From the IMG/VR virus record IMGVR_UViG_3300023198_000617: 30,663 nt of DNA; one strand, given 5' to 3'. This DNA is from an uncultured virus (IMG/VR IMGVR_UViG_3300023198_000617) (lineage: Duplodnaviria; Heunggongvirae; Uroviricota; Caudoviricetes; Crassvirales). The translations under genes were made by a program, and so were the position numbers. Under the pieces are notes generated by a model. It worked only from the letters and a program-made list of their open reading frames with translations, was not told the DNA's origin and searched no databases. Positions within the stretch are counted from its first letter, which is position 1. Every line of letters begins with the position of its first letter. Below, piece by piece: positions 9,001-15,123 of this stretch.

Positions 9001-11221
9001 GAGTAGTATAGCGTTCCCTTCTACGACGAAGTTTAGGAAGGTCTTTCATTAATTTATCAAGCTTCTTTTTATTAGATGCTTTTATATTTTTAGCAGCTTT
9101 TTCTACTTCGTCACGAAACTCTTTCATGTAATTTTCATCCTCATTCTGAGGATCATACGTTACACCTGTAAGACCAGCAATATCCTTTCCGACCTGATTT
9201 TCTCTACTTTCCATGTTGTCTATGACGGATGCAGAATATATCAGAGCCTCTCTCTTATCCCTGTTCGCTTGAACACTGAGATCAGCAGTATATGCAGCAT
9301 CTACATTTTCAACAACATTTTGAACCTTATCTACACGCTCCTCAAATGCTCTCTTAGCCTGTTCTCTACGTTCCTGAAGTTCATCTGTACCAAGTTCTTC
9401 ATAACCAAATGTCTCAGCAAAGTCGTTGTCAGACATATTATCAATTACATCTCCAAGTTCTTCTTTAAGATCAGCACCAAATCCACCTTCAATACGAGAC
9501 ATAATGAAACTATGAATCACATCATTTTCAATATTCTTAGTTTCAAAAACATTATTAGCATCAACAGCTTTAGAGTACTCCTTATTCAGATAACCGTTAC
9601 GAATCAGATTCATAACAGTAGACTTGGTACTCTTGAGATGCTGAGGATTATCCTGAAGGAACTTTACTAAATCTTCTACATTATATTTATTCAATTCTTC
9701 AGACAGGCGATCAGCTCTTCTTCTTTTATCGTTACGCTCTTGAAATGCTCCTGCAACACCACCAACCCAAAGAGGTTCACCTTTATTTCTTTTATTAAAA
9801 GCTCTGAAGTTAGGTGATCCAATTCCACCAACGATCATACCTATCCCCATTTCCTTCCAACCAGCCTTACCTCCATACTGTTCTTCCATTGCTCCACCAA
9901 AGGATTCAGCAAGACGTACTACCTGATCAGTACCATCTACTGAGTATTTCTTAGTGACATAATCAAGCATAGTATTATTGGCAACTCCCTGCATACCTTC
10001 TTCCCATACACCTTCTACAAGTGGATTCTTGACACCTGTATAAATCTTACCTGCTATCTTCTCAAGAGTATTATGATCCTTATATGCAGGTTTAAATATC
10101 TGTTTAGCAAGACCTTCAGGAGTTTCTTCAAAGCTCTTTACTACAGGAGAAAACAATTTTGTTTTTGCTTTCAGTTTATTGAGACTTGCTATCTGAAATT
10201 GCTTACCGACTTTTGGACCATAAATTTGTCCAAGACCTATCATGTTTGATAGACCTACAATACCCATGTTTGCAGCAAAGACACCATTGGCACTCTCTGT
10301 AGCCATCTCTTCAATCTTCACAAGTTCATCAGGAGGAACCTCAGTAGCATCAGGATTCTTCTGGAAGTATTGTGCTGTAAGTTCGTTTACAAGTTCATGC
10401 TTGTGATGACGAGCTTCAAATCCTGCTTCATATCCTGCACCTGTATACAATTGACGTACAATCTTTCCTGCACTACCAAGTCTTGCCTGTGCTCCTGCCT
10501 TTGCAAGAGCTTCAGTTGTATCAGCAGTTCTTCCAAATTTCTTCATATACCTTGCTCCTCTTGCTACCATAGAAGCAGTAGAAGCTCCCTGTAAACCAGC
10601 AGCAGCACCAAGAGTAGCTGCGGTTACAGTAGACCATACGAGTTCTGTCAGAATAGCACCTGTAGTAAATGCTGCTGCACCAAGTACATCGTTTGCCCAA
10701 AAGTTAGAAGTACCTAAACTACGTAAGAATCCATAATCCTGTTCCTCTTTAGTATAGTAGTTTGGAAGCTTTTGATCTAAATCTTCCATCCAACTATCAA
10801 ACATTCGTTGAGTAGAATTATCATATACAGATTTATTCTCATCGAACATTCCGGGAATACTTGCAATAGCACCTATTGTACCACCAAGAGTAATGATACC
10901 TGTCTTACCTGCATATTTAATCAGTCCATTCTTCCACTTTTCTCCACTTGATTGACCATAGGCTCGTGCATCTTCAAGACCTTCATTGATGAATACATCT
11001 CCGAAAGGAACATATTTCTCATACTTTGCAGGATCAACTTCGTACCTATCTTCTCTTAATCGTGGAGAAGCAAGTTGAATATCACGAGTAATTACAGGTT
11101 GGTAATCAATACCAGCAGCAACAGGTGGTTTAGGTCCTGTTCGTGGTCCTGTGGGAGTCAAACCTGTATTAGGATCAATTCCTTGTTGCCGAGTTATAAC
11201 CGGCTCATTTCCGTTAGCCAT
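1..11221 (-). CDS. Giant virion cargo polyprotein (>=3740 aa, 3'-truncated by the window): N-terminal hydrophobic domain + zincin protease + two-barrel DNA-dependent RNA polymerase
   Basis: ATG at 11221-11219 overlaps the TAA of the upstream gene (TAATG). Manual translation begins MANGNEPVITRQQG and stays open to position 2; with no stop in the window it is missing from the ORF track. Same-frame motifs: HEAFH (4789-4775), NEADGQGYI (DGQG 1882-1871), PIKPQYMG, KLSLMPL, GFRIPTQG (RIPTQ 715-701), GSDFDIDK (604-581). Confidence 0.93.
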   Translation of the reverse strand, partial: MANGNEPVITRQQGIDPNTGLTPTGPRTGPKPPVAAGIDYQPVITRDIQLASPRLREDRYEVDPAKYEKYVPFGDVFINEGLEDARAYGQSSGEKWKNGLIKYAGKTGIITLGGTIGAIASIPGMFDENKSVYDNSTQRMFDSWMEDLDQKLPNYYTKEEQDYGFLRSLGTSNFWANDVLGAAAFTTGAILTELVWSTVTAATLGAAAGLQGASTASMVARGARYMKKFGRTADTTEALAKAGAQARLGSAGKIVRQLYTGAGYEAGFEARHHKHELVNELTAQYFQKNPDATEVPPDELVKIEEMATESANGVFAANMGIVGLSNMIGLGQIYGPKVGKQFQIASLNKLKAKTKLFSPVVKSFEETPEGLAKQIFKPAYKDHNTLEKIAGKIYTGVKNPLVEGVWEEGMQGVANNTMLDYVTKKYSVDGTDQVVRLAESFGGAMEEQYGGKAGWKEMGIGMIVGGIGSPNFRAFNKRNKGEPLWVGGVAGAFQERNDKRRRADRLSEELNKYNVEDLVKFLQDNPQHLKSTKSTVMNLIRNGYLNKEYSKAVDANNVFETKNIENDVIHSFIMSRIEGGFGADLKEELGDVIDNMSDNDFAETFGYEELGTDELQERREQAKRAFEERVDKVQNVVENVDAAYTADLSVQANRDKREALIYSASVIDNMESRENQVGKDIAGLTGVTYDPQNEDENYMKEFRDEVEKAAKNIKASNKKKLDKLMKDLPKLRRRRERYTTQYNYLLTKEGQEEFEKLLNGVSDAQVAEERTKDVKRYEGRVNLIDSTGRKFKKYVRKKDGKHVMIEVDANGDTIGDLIEIDIDNDEFRLEHEPISTEQEKVVPFNPEDSKAAVEILADIKDLETLTDFIETEIRPRNLPEHDEVLKAAQEAYKRITGRSLSYTLLTNIDYEDSAYRDKKSGRTVLVRRNKNKPNEYYVKRPKNRYNATNIETLDKEKLNEKYVFIGEWDQHEFKVSRKRNLKDLIKAKKGLLGTQKDENKKLEDEYNKLLKDYHDHIAYLEHQTGLKNKGDRRVNENSIKKTHDLINRTFQLMEAAEKKFKEGVEAQRELQLGLQYLLNRINEEKVTEDTETPATTEAEKEFFSKKADEIIEEIENNTAILVGWKRIQEHLKKVLNKLFNALNVLSPFKIKSNAELLAETERELTQDLAGELTADRTVKTTVVILEAKKHPTKQYRSRKRYKEQHVTVPSSLEDRMRVEKARQTIRTALDAKLREIEGKRKQADEKGKEYTTTSEKLNTLNEEVSVLEEIIDDHYLTLDFIDEEVQALEDYRQSKENKRGGFTTYEDMSSDESERSRDENDATSAESSDERVPMTITEAVAFWKDGLKRSIDNVFAGLSGKHVMEDDINLNPDPAQRRYYRWTAQTNIAGGEYRIQIVRPPKQERERIEKESISKKYPKGYYKADDVYYARIVDSKGRYIKMNADDSVTTTKKFNPKWNVYTSVPLKLETEIHGAKYFQPQTAEEYSLFFGKPMTKEKGDAKFEKKKKKVLKQHNEFRQKITDILKNDPTAKIYVRLNGKSLGIPNDPNANRNLQDRPGISVDEALGHENVDVAVNTLEGLALGDANISSRRTGATFVYDPTTGNVYEARPRNVNDDEISIISNIFRSFAKNSTVLEKKKKTTSRKGPRKKGDIDSTGAAKLRRANGTEYERNGLRVIEDFIFWTGNNRKRNKKTNKWYNVNKNEDTAFHFDQESDYNGGSLILGRETISIFHLEDDQITPILDKDGNLQINPSLVDENGEGALRDFLLQRSINISSQKLKSKEGFSQVVEVSPDGVVQAETIPKDEGGYVKFLIGDKHGERLVNLFLRPTGSKIDVVNEDTEIVSETDPHVYSQYAKYDNHPNDIYTDINDVPEGLGIVEVEGEEEVEEDEFEEDFEGQETAVGVTITDSPSPTYKRLGKLKVGDRIYVQYDSIGPKDKRTTETRGVLRLTEDGIFEEVDGNLSPQGIQNINNLMNRMAEANIPQKEMERAIEALNDNLTYKYQREISVADVAGDMKAKKKVKQKEAEKDTKKKKKSKQSDDVKSDVDAIAKKYKVDVEDVEGEKDTKKKKGKKNPPPDKTHYRSPSGDHLGKENIAQAEKWFRERFPKRGFGTVRRIADGKQGQLIRGAVKILMDAEVGTTYHEAFHVVTQHILSRSERRALYREWKRRNPDKANYPNGVVEEILAEEFRDFMLSKTMPDAVKSKFIEYQTPVQRTLFQKIYDSITWLVYGNQDSIAEVWGKIDQNEYRDDTDGSSFNTSDVALGRTMYNKTVSFTRDIIEGANFYFFNAIQNDVAILFDKSDNSVQIGEIYDEVYQNLIDNIGDENTEHTIIYKINQTDDPVEQERLVSVLQALDFAIENFYEAQAYDTVADRAKYSVKGLHKHYLSKFNLEALNYDDLRNENETRRDPDNNWASDVIKVSSKVSASKNVKLLLAGTTQRELITDKDGNTVEGDYKRNRMEFPKVVPFGEVFNVLANKLSGETSIEGMMSIMEDLSYQLPYMNGLIQDFSMEKDVDDLSMKDMIKQSQFVQTFGKTYHRFNIDMSGPNGKFIAFDANQNSTAEKIRQAWRNNSLGSKDLKVNKKGIVIYNNENFKGIKEIKDFRHALAFLERLGIVFTDPDEIGNYSTMKASIKNRAQAILKSIQTTKDGQIWLFDKDNDTDAREDLNVLIEIEADTTIDYLEHSHLNANGDPVYNIMDNSYYTIILDDLKRVNTYDELIALNPHLATDIDHYNRYSMILEPGGIIFDEDGVKRTALKDENGDIIDISVQPIENFIHSESKQDVTNTSRQFDELGPADQLRVQINYGLENTFPLLRPSDSTLERFIKYARPFFSRDDIDSNRHIGQMINYLTAELSRSVEDTRNDKFINSSTRKHDGIMISILYESDDLAEDLDAFFDDNTMSVEQFMESPRMKPRIEKALKEYVSERVQENKDEILRLNIIQDMRTQEEIEEGAPIEYVNNGLNVKTNPDKKDSPQLDVLTEAQVESELLFYTINDLVSNVEQTKVIFSDPINYKSTRDQFKRNYGVIGPKRIAAVYDKMNKWVEKHLTILDAKGTIRPYVRYDRFGFGKPILRTAVFNDLVVHSDNYNEYVEVLGIDAAFPYDKMNEADGQGYINMHEWRQLLFRAGMWTSGYAGSLEDLYQWEVQTRLGKTPKDLKTGRLINKDLLPVATPIKPQYMGPLAEEGFKMGMYKLSLMPLLPSVTHDFAELDKLRKTLENQEIGIAVFRTGVKTEAVAYPDADGNSEGLQNFYSDDGTFDENRTLHFQDTFYKFWGVQQEMGFKKKTRTITGSQMMKQILNGIFENGKVKDDSEGGLGRPAKKYLKLNRKRIKIGVKLLVKDLGLELVTTKKGKQKYKIHDVDRLIKTFTDEANRRDLPDNIIEGIESLKKGAKIDMLVNRERLENIILSIADSMTSSQRRFGGSPVQVSNGVGKTRRERLTEYSADGQVWKSSDLKSYTRITKKGKTVVTHMQVYLPNHMKHADLKSSDAKLFKLIGFRIPTQGLNSIEAIEIKGFLPESAGDAVMVPSDIVAKTGSDFDIDKLFMYLPNYYINSKKEPVYIEYFGDDSGRLASEYNYYKIDQEESAVRRVLGTAKAATFIGKDINRIVKEISETGATVTVENVRDALVAIRDKVPETSKQEYDIAIDVMNNMISKGENLPFLYSRDEFEKLSIENAISQVQEEIILHPDNFEQLILPISAKTLADEAAEIRKLQTHGDQAHKERVELERENVPAH
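581..715 (-). other. RNA polymerase catalytic region (R-x-P motif and DxDxD loop DFDID)
   Basis: Translates RIPTQGLNSIEAIEIKGFLPESAGDAVMVPSDIVAKTGSDFDIDK. DFDID (598-584, about aa 3542-3546) is the catalytic motif variant known from the crAss-like phage phi14:2 gp66 RNAP. Confidence 0.95.
4649..4789 (-). other. Zincin-like metalloprotease motif within the giant ORF
   Basis: GTTYHEAFHVVTQHIL (HEXXH at about aa 2145), followed 34 residues later by EEILAEEF, which supplies a candidate third Zn ligand. Confidence 0.85.
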
Positions 11222-13464
11222 TATGGGTTCTGATTAGATTCCTGTTGCTTTAATTCTATCAATGCAAGTTGTCCAACAATACTTTGCATCTGCTTAGGAG
11301 TAAACATTTTTATATTATTTTCTCCTACTACTTCACCTTGATCATTTAAAACTTTATCCCTTACATAGTTTTTAAAAGGTTCACCAGCTTCATTTACATC
11401 GTTATAATACAATAACCAGTGATTATCCTTTTTATCTGAATGAAATACCTTCTCAAAAAGTAATGGGTGTCCGTGGAAAGTTGCTCCGGGAACTTCTCCC
11501 TTTGCCTTACGATAAAGATCAGCATCTTCTATCATACTACCATAAGTATAGTTAGATATAATGTTACCTGCCATGTCTTGTGCAGTGGGATCACCACTGT
11601 TAAACATATCCTGTGCAACTCTTATCATCGTTCCACGAATACCTCCATCGTCAAGTTCCTGTACAAGTATCTCATTACCAAGATGATTACCGTCTTCATC
11701 ACGAAGATCAACGCTGATAGCTACCTTACCATTGAATGTACCATCAGTAACACTTGCCCATGATTTCTCCTTGTCAACCCTACCATCATATTTCTCTTGA
11801 ACAGCAGTATTGAATTGCATACCTGTACCAGCAGTAACCCAATTACCAGAAGTTGTTCTGAACATAGTGGTCAATGTCTCATTGATTCTTCCAGCAGGAG
11901 TAGTGAGGTCTTTACTACCTACTTCACCTCCAAGTATTTGAACATCCTGAGAGATAACTCCATGTTTCTCAGAGTAATTATCAAGAGACCTGCGTACTTC
12001 CTTTGCTGCTTTCTTGAGCTTCTTCTCAAGAGGTGCAAATCTGGTATTAGTCAGTTCAAGTTCTTTTTGAATCTCGTCTAAGGATAGTCCTTCAGATGTC
12101 ATCTGATACGCATAGGTATTGAATTTCTCAGGAGTTATTACCAAACCCTGATCTTCAGCCATGCCAATTAAAATCTCTCTATCTTCTCTCGTCAGAGGTT
12201 TTGCAGGACGACCTTGTTTCTGTTCAAATTCTTGTTTTAATTCTTTTGTAACAAAGAAATCGTTTACATAGTCATCATATAGACCTGTAGTAATAGGTGC
12301 AAATTCAGAACTCTTCACGTTCTCCATGACGAGATTACGCTCATTGGTCATGTCCTCATACTCTTTCTCTTTAGCAGCCAGTGTAGGATTCTCAGGATCA
12401 TCAGCAAATGATTTTCTAAGAGCAAGTAATTCTTTTCTACTCTTAGCTACATCTCTTGTTACTTTTCCCTTACCAAGTTCTGTCTGATTAACAATTGAAA
12501 TAGCTTCACTACCTACGCCTAAATTATAACCTCCTGCAACAGTACTGGTTCCTGAACTTGTTATTTTACTTCCTCCTGTATAAGAGAGTCTTTCTTCTGA
12601 ATAAGGTTTACCTGCTGCAAATCCATAGACATAATTTTTTGCTTCCTTTATAATTTCTTCCTCAGTCATGTCACCAAGCCTTCTTCTGGATTCTCCATAA
12701 TCAGGAACACTTTCCAAGAAAGATTTAGCAATCGCATTGTTCTCAGAATCACCAAGTCCGATCTTATCACGAATCATTTTATCAGTCAGCTCAGTCCTTG
12801 TTCCATACTTATAGAAATCATTTATAGCTTCATCGGTTAATCCTGCATTTCTAAGCTCAATTGGAGTAATACTTGCTCTGATGTCAGAGATAAGCATTCT
12901 TGCAACAGGAGGATAATTACCTCTCTTACCACCTTCAAAAGTCAATTCTTCAGTAGTGCGTAGTCTCTCTTTATCAGGATCATAAGCTCCTTTACCTATT
13001 ACATCAGTATATATATGAGCATCAGGATTTTGAAGTTCAAATGCCTGTTGTACTTTTTGTTGCTGTGCAACATATTCGCTTCTCTTCCAGAATGGATCAG
13101 CACGAATATCAGTAATCTTACGTGCAACATCCTTACGTGCCTTTCCCCAATCTCCACCAAACTTCTCATCTACAGTCTTTTGCATACTTTCCATGCTCTG
13201 ATTGATAAGTTGATTTCGACGGAAGGTATCATCAAGTGCAACAGGAGCCTCCATTGCCTGTTGTCTTGCAGCTAATGCACCAGCAATAGAAGCATCGTAA
13301 GCCTGTTGTCTGCGATCAAACTGCTGCTGAAGAAACTCTATAGGAATAGGTTCAAAGAAGGATTTATGTTGAAATGCAATAGGTTGTTGATACCTATAGT
13401 TTGATCTATACCCTCCTCCGGAAGAACCATATCCACCTTGTCTTTGATCATATCCGTTAGCCAT
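11221..13464 (-). CDS. Putative virion cargo/ejection protein (747 aa)
   Basis: Long ORF directly upstream of, and translationally coupled to, the RNAP gene. N-terminal FFEPIPIEFLQQQFDRRQQAYD followed by helical segments resembles the crAss-like cargo protein at this position. Confidence 0.7.
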   Translation of the reverse strand: MANGYDQRQGGYGSSGGGYRSNYRYQQPIAFQHKSFFEPIPIEFLQQQFDRRQQAYDASIAGALAARQQAMEAPVALDDTFRRNQLINQSMESMQKTVDEKFGGDWGKARKDVARKITDIRADPFWKRSEYVAQQQKVQQAFELQNPDAHIYTDVIGKGAYDPDKERLRTTEELTFEGGKRGNYPPVARMLISDIRASITPIELRNAGLTDEAINDFYKYGTRTELTDKMIRDKIGLGDSENNAIAKSFLESVPDYGESRRRLGDMTEEEIIKEAKNYVYGFAAGKPYSEERLSYTGGSKITSSGTSTVAGGYNLGVGSEAISIVNQTELGKGKVTRDVAKSRKELLALRKSFADDPENPTLAAKEKEYEDMTNERNLVMENVKSSEFAPITTGLYDDYVNDFFVTKELKQEFEQKQGRPAKPLTREDREILIGMAEDQGLVITPEKFNTYAYQMTSEGLSLDEIQKELELTNTRFAPLEKKLKKAAKEVRRSLDNYSEKHGVISQDVQILGGEVGSKDLTTPAGRINETLTTMFRTTSGNWVTAGTGMQFNTAVQEKYDGRVDKEKSWASVTDGTFNGKVAISVDLRDEDGNHLGNEILVQELDDGGIRGTMIRVAQDMFNSGDPTAQDMAGNIISNYTYGSMIEDADLYRKAKGEVPGATFHGHPLLFEKVFHSDKKDNHWLLYYNDVNEAGEPFKNYVRDKVLNDQGEVVGENNIKMFTPKQMQSIVGQLALIELKQQESNQNP

Positions 13465-13475
13465 AACTATGTTTT

Positions 13476-15119
13476 TTATACACCGTAAACTGATTTTTCC
13501 TGTAACGGATCACCAGTAATATCAGTATATGATGATTGAACCATTTCTCCGGGTTGAGTCATCCCAAGAATCCTTCTTAACGGAGTATCTCCACGACCTG
13601 CTTGAAATCTGTAATTATCAGGAGTTGCCATTTGAGCCATTACATCAAACTGATTAGCTCTGTTAATATCCATACCATAATCAGTTAATGCACCAAGACC
13701 ACTTGCCCATCTCTGACCTCTACGCTGTTCGTTAATCAACTGACCTTCTCTATCGTATTGAAAGTTTAAACGATCTGCTATTGATCTTTGCTGAGCATTA
13801 AATTCACCAGCTCGGTTACGAATTTGAGCATTAATGTTTCCTTCATTCTGGAAACTCGTACTCAACCCTCTACCTAAATTTCGTTGAGTACCAGTTGCAC
13901 CTGCCTGTAATCTTTGACTCAATTTTGCTCTTGATCCTCCTGTCCCTTGACCACCACGAATCGTAGCATTTGCAATATCTCTGTCACGTTGCAGTTGTTC
14001 ACGCTCTCTCGCAAAACTTACAGTTTGAGGTGTAATTTGTTGAGGTTTAATCCGATTTTGATCAAAGTCAATATTTCTATTTCCAATTATGCCTGCTGCT
14101 CCTGATGCTGCGTGTGCCCACCACGGAACTCTTGAATTATAAGGATCACCTTGTTGAGATGCTAATCCTTGCCACCATTGCTTTGCTCTACTTGGACCTT
14201 CCACTTGTGGAAAAGGAGAATCAGGTGATGCAATTACACCGGGATTAGCTTGAGGTTCAATACCTCCCACTGATCCATAACCTTGTGCTAAATCCTGTTG
14301 ATACTGATTAGTTGAAGGATCATAAGCATTTGGATCATTCCATATAAAATCTGATCCTTGACTTCCTTGACCAAGATTAGGTTGATCTGTATAAGTAGGA
14401 GCAAAGAATCCAGTTCTCTGACCTCTATTAACAGGTTGAGCTAAGTATTGAGGAAGCTCTCCCGGTCCTTGATATACTGGAAGAAGATTACCACCTGTTG
14501 CAAATACATTCGTAGTATCTGGTTGCACAGACGAAGGATTTAGAAAAAGAGGTCTTTCTCCTTCCTGAACTTGTCGTGCTTGTTCATTCATATAAGGATT
14601 AATATTTCTTATATTCGGTTGTGGTAATGGTACAGGTTGTACTCCTTGAGGATTACCAAATTGAGGCTGAGGTAAAGGTACAGGTTGAGTACTATCTTGA
14701 GGAAATAATCCCTGAAGCATACTTGTGTTACCAAATGATCCTTTTATTCCTTCTAAACCTTGTTGCCTAGCTGTTTGAAGACTACCACCACCTTGAAACT
14801 GAGGTTGTCCTGTAGCTTGAGGAGCTTGACCACCTGCAAGTCCAGAAGGACCACCTTGAGGTATTCCCGGTTGTTGAGGACCTTGATTTCCTTGTGGTTG
14901 TTGAAGTGCTTGAGACAGTTGTGAAAGCTGTTCAGTATTAGCATTCTTAATCAACTCCTGAACTCTTTCTTTTTCCTGCTTATCTCGTAAACCAGCAAGT
15001 TCCTGATTCATAGCTTCCAAAGCAAGTACATCTCCTTTGTCGAATTTCTCTCCAAGACGAGGCTTATACTTGTTCATTATTGTCTTTGCTTCATCAGCAA
15101 AACTTTTTTTCTTAGCCAT
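13476..15119 (-). CDS. Putative virion cargo protein (547 aa), Gln/Pro/Gly-rich; resembles the C-terminal part of crAss cargo protein 1
   Basis: Starts MAKKKSFADEAKTIMNKYK...LAGLRDKQE, has a long low-complexity Q/P/G middle, and a C-terminal helical region with NAQIRNRAGEFNAQ, typical of ejected internal proteins. Confidence 0.72.
   Translation of the reverse strand: MAKKKSFADEAKTIMNKYKPRLGEKFDKGDVLALEAMNQELAGLRDKQEKERVQELIKNANTEQLSQLSQALQQPQGNQGPQQPGIPQGGPSGLAGGQAPQATGQPQFQGGGSLQTARQQGLEGIKGSFGNTSMLQGLFPQDSTQPVPLPQPQFGNPQGVQPVPLPQPNIRNINPYMNEQARQVQEGERPLFLNPSSVQPDTTNVFATGGNLLPVYQGPGELPQYLAQPVNRGQRTGFFAPTYTDQPNLGQGSQGSDFIWNDPNAYDPSTNQYQQDLAQGYGSVGGIEPQANPGVIASPDSPFPQVEGPSRAKQWWQGLASQQGDPYNSRVPWWAHAASGAAGIIGNRNIDFDQNRIKPQQITPQTVSFAREREQLQRDRDIANATIRGGQGTGGSRAKLSQRLQAGATGTQRNLGRGLSTSFQNEGNINAQIRNRAGEFNAQQRSIADRLNFQYDREGQLINEQRRGQRWASGLGALTDYGMDINRANQFDVMAQMATPDNYRFQAGRGDTPLRRILGMTQPGEMVQSSYTDITGDPLQEKSVYGV
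14616..14687 (-). repeat. Imperfect 24-bp in-frame repeat encoding QPVPLPQP twice
   Basis: 14687-14664 and 14639-14616 both encode QPVPLPQP, with synonymous differences. Confidence 0.85.
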
Positions 15120-15123
15120 AACT

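Noticed and set aside
1..11221. Self-splicing intron or intein in the RNAP gene
   Set aside because: The frame is continuous, and I saw no LAGLIDADG/HNH motifs or intein-like junctions among the polymerase motifs.
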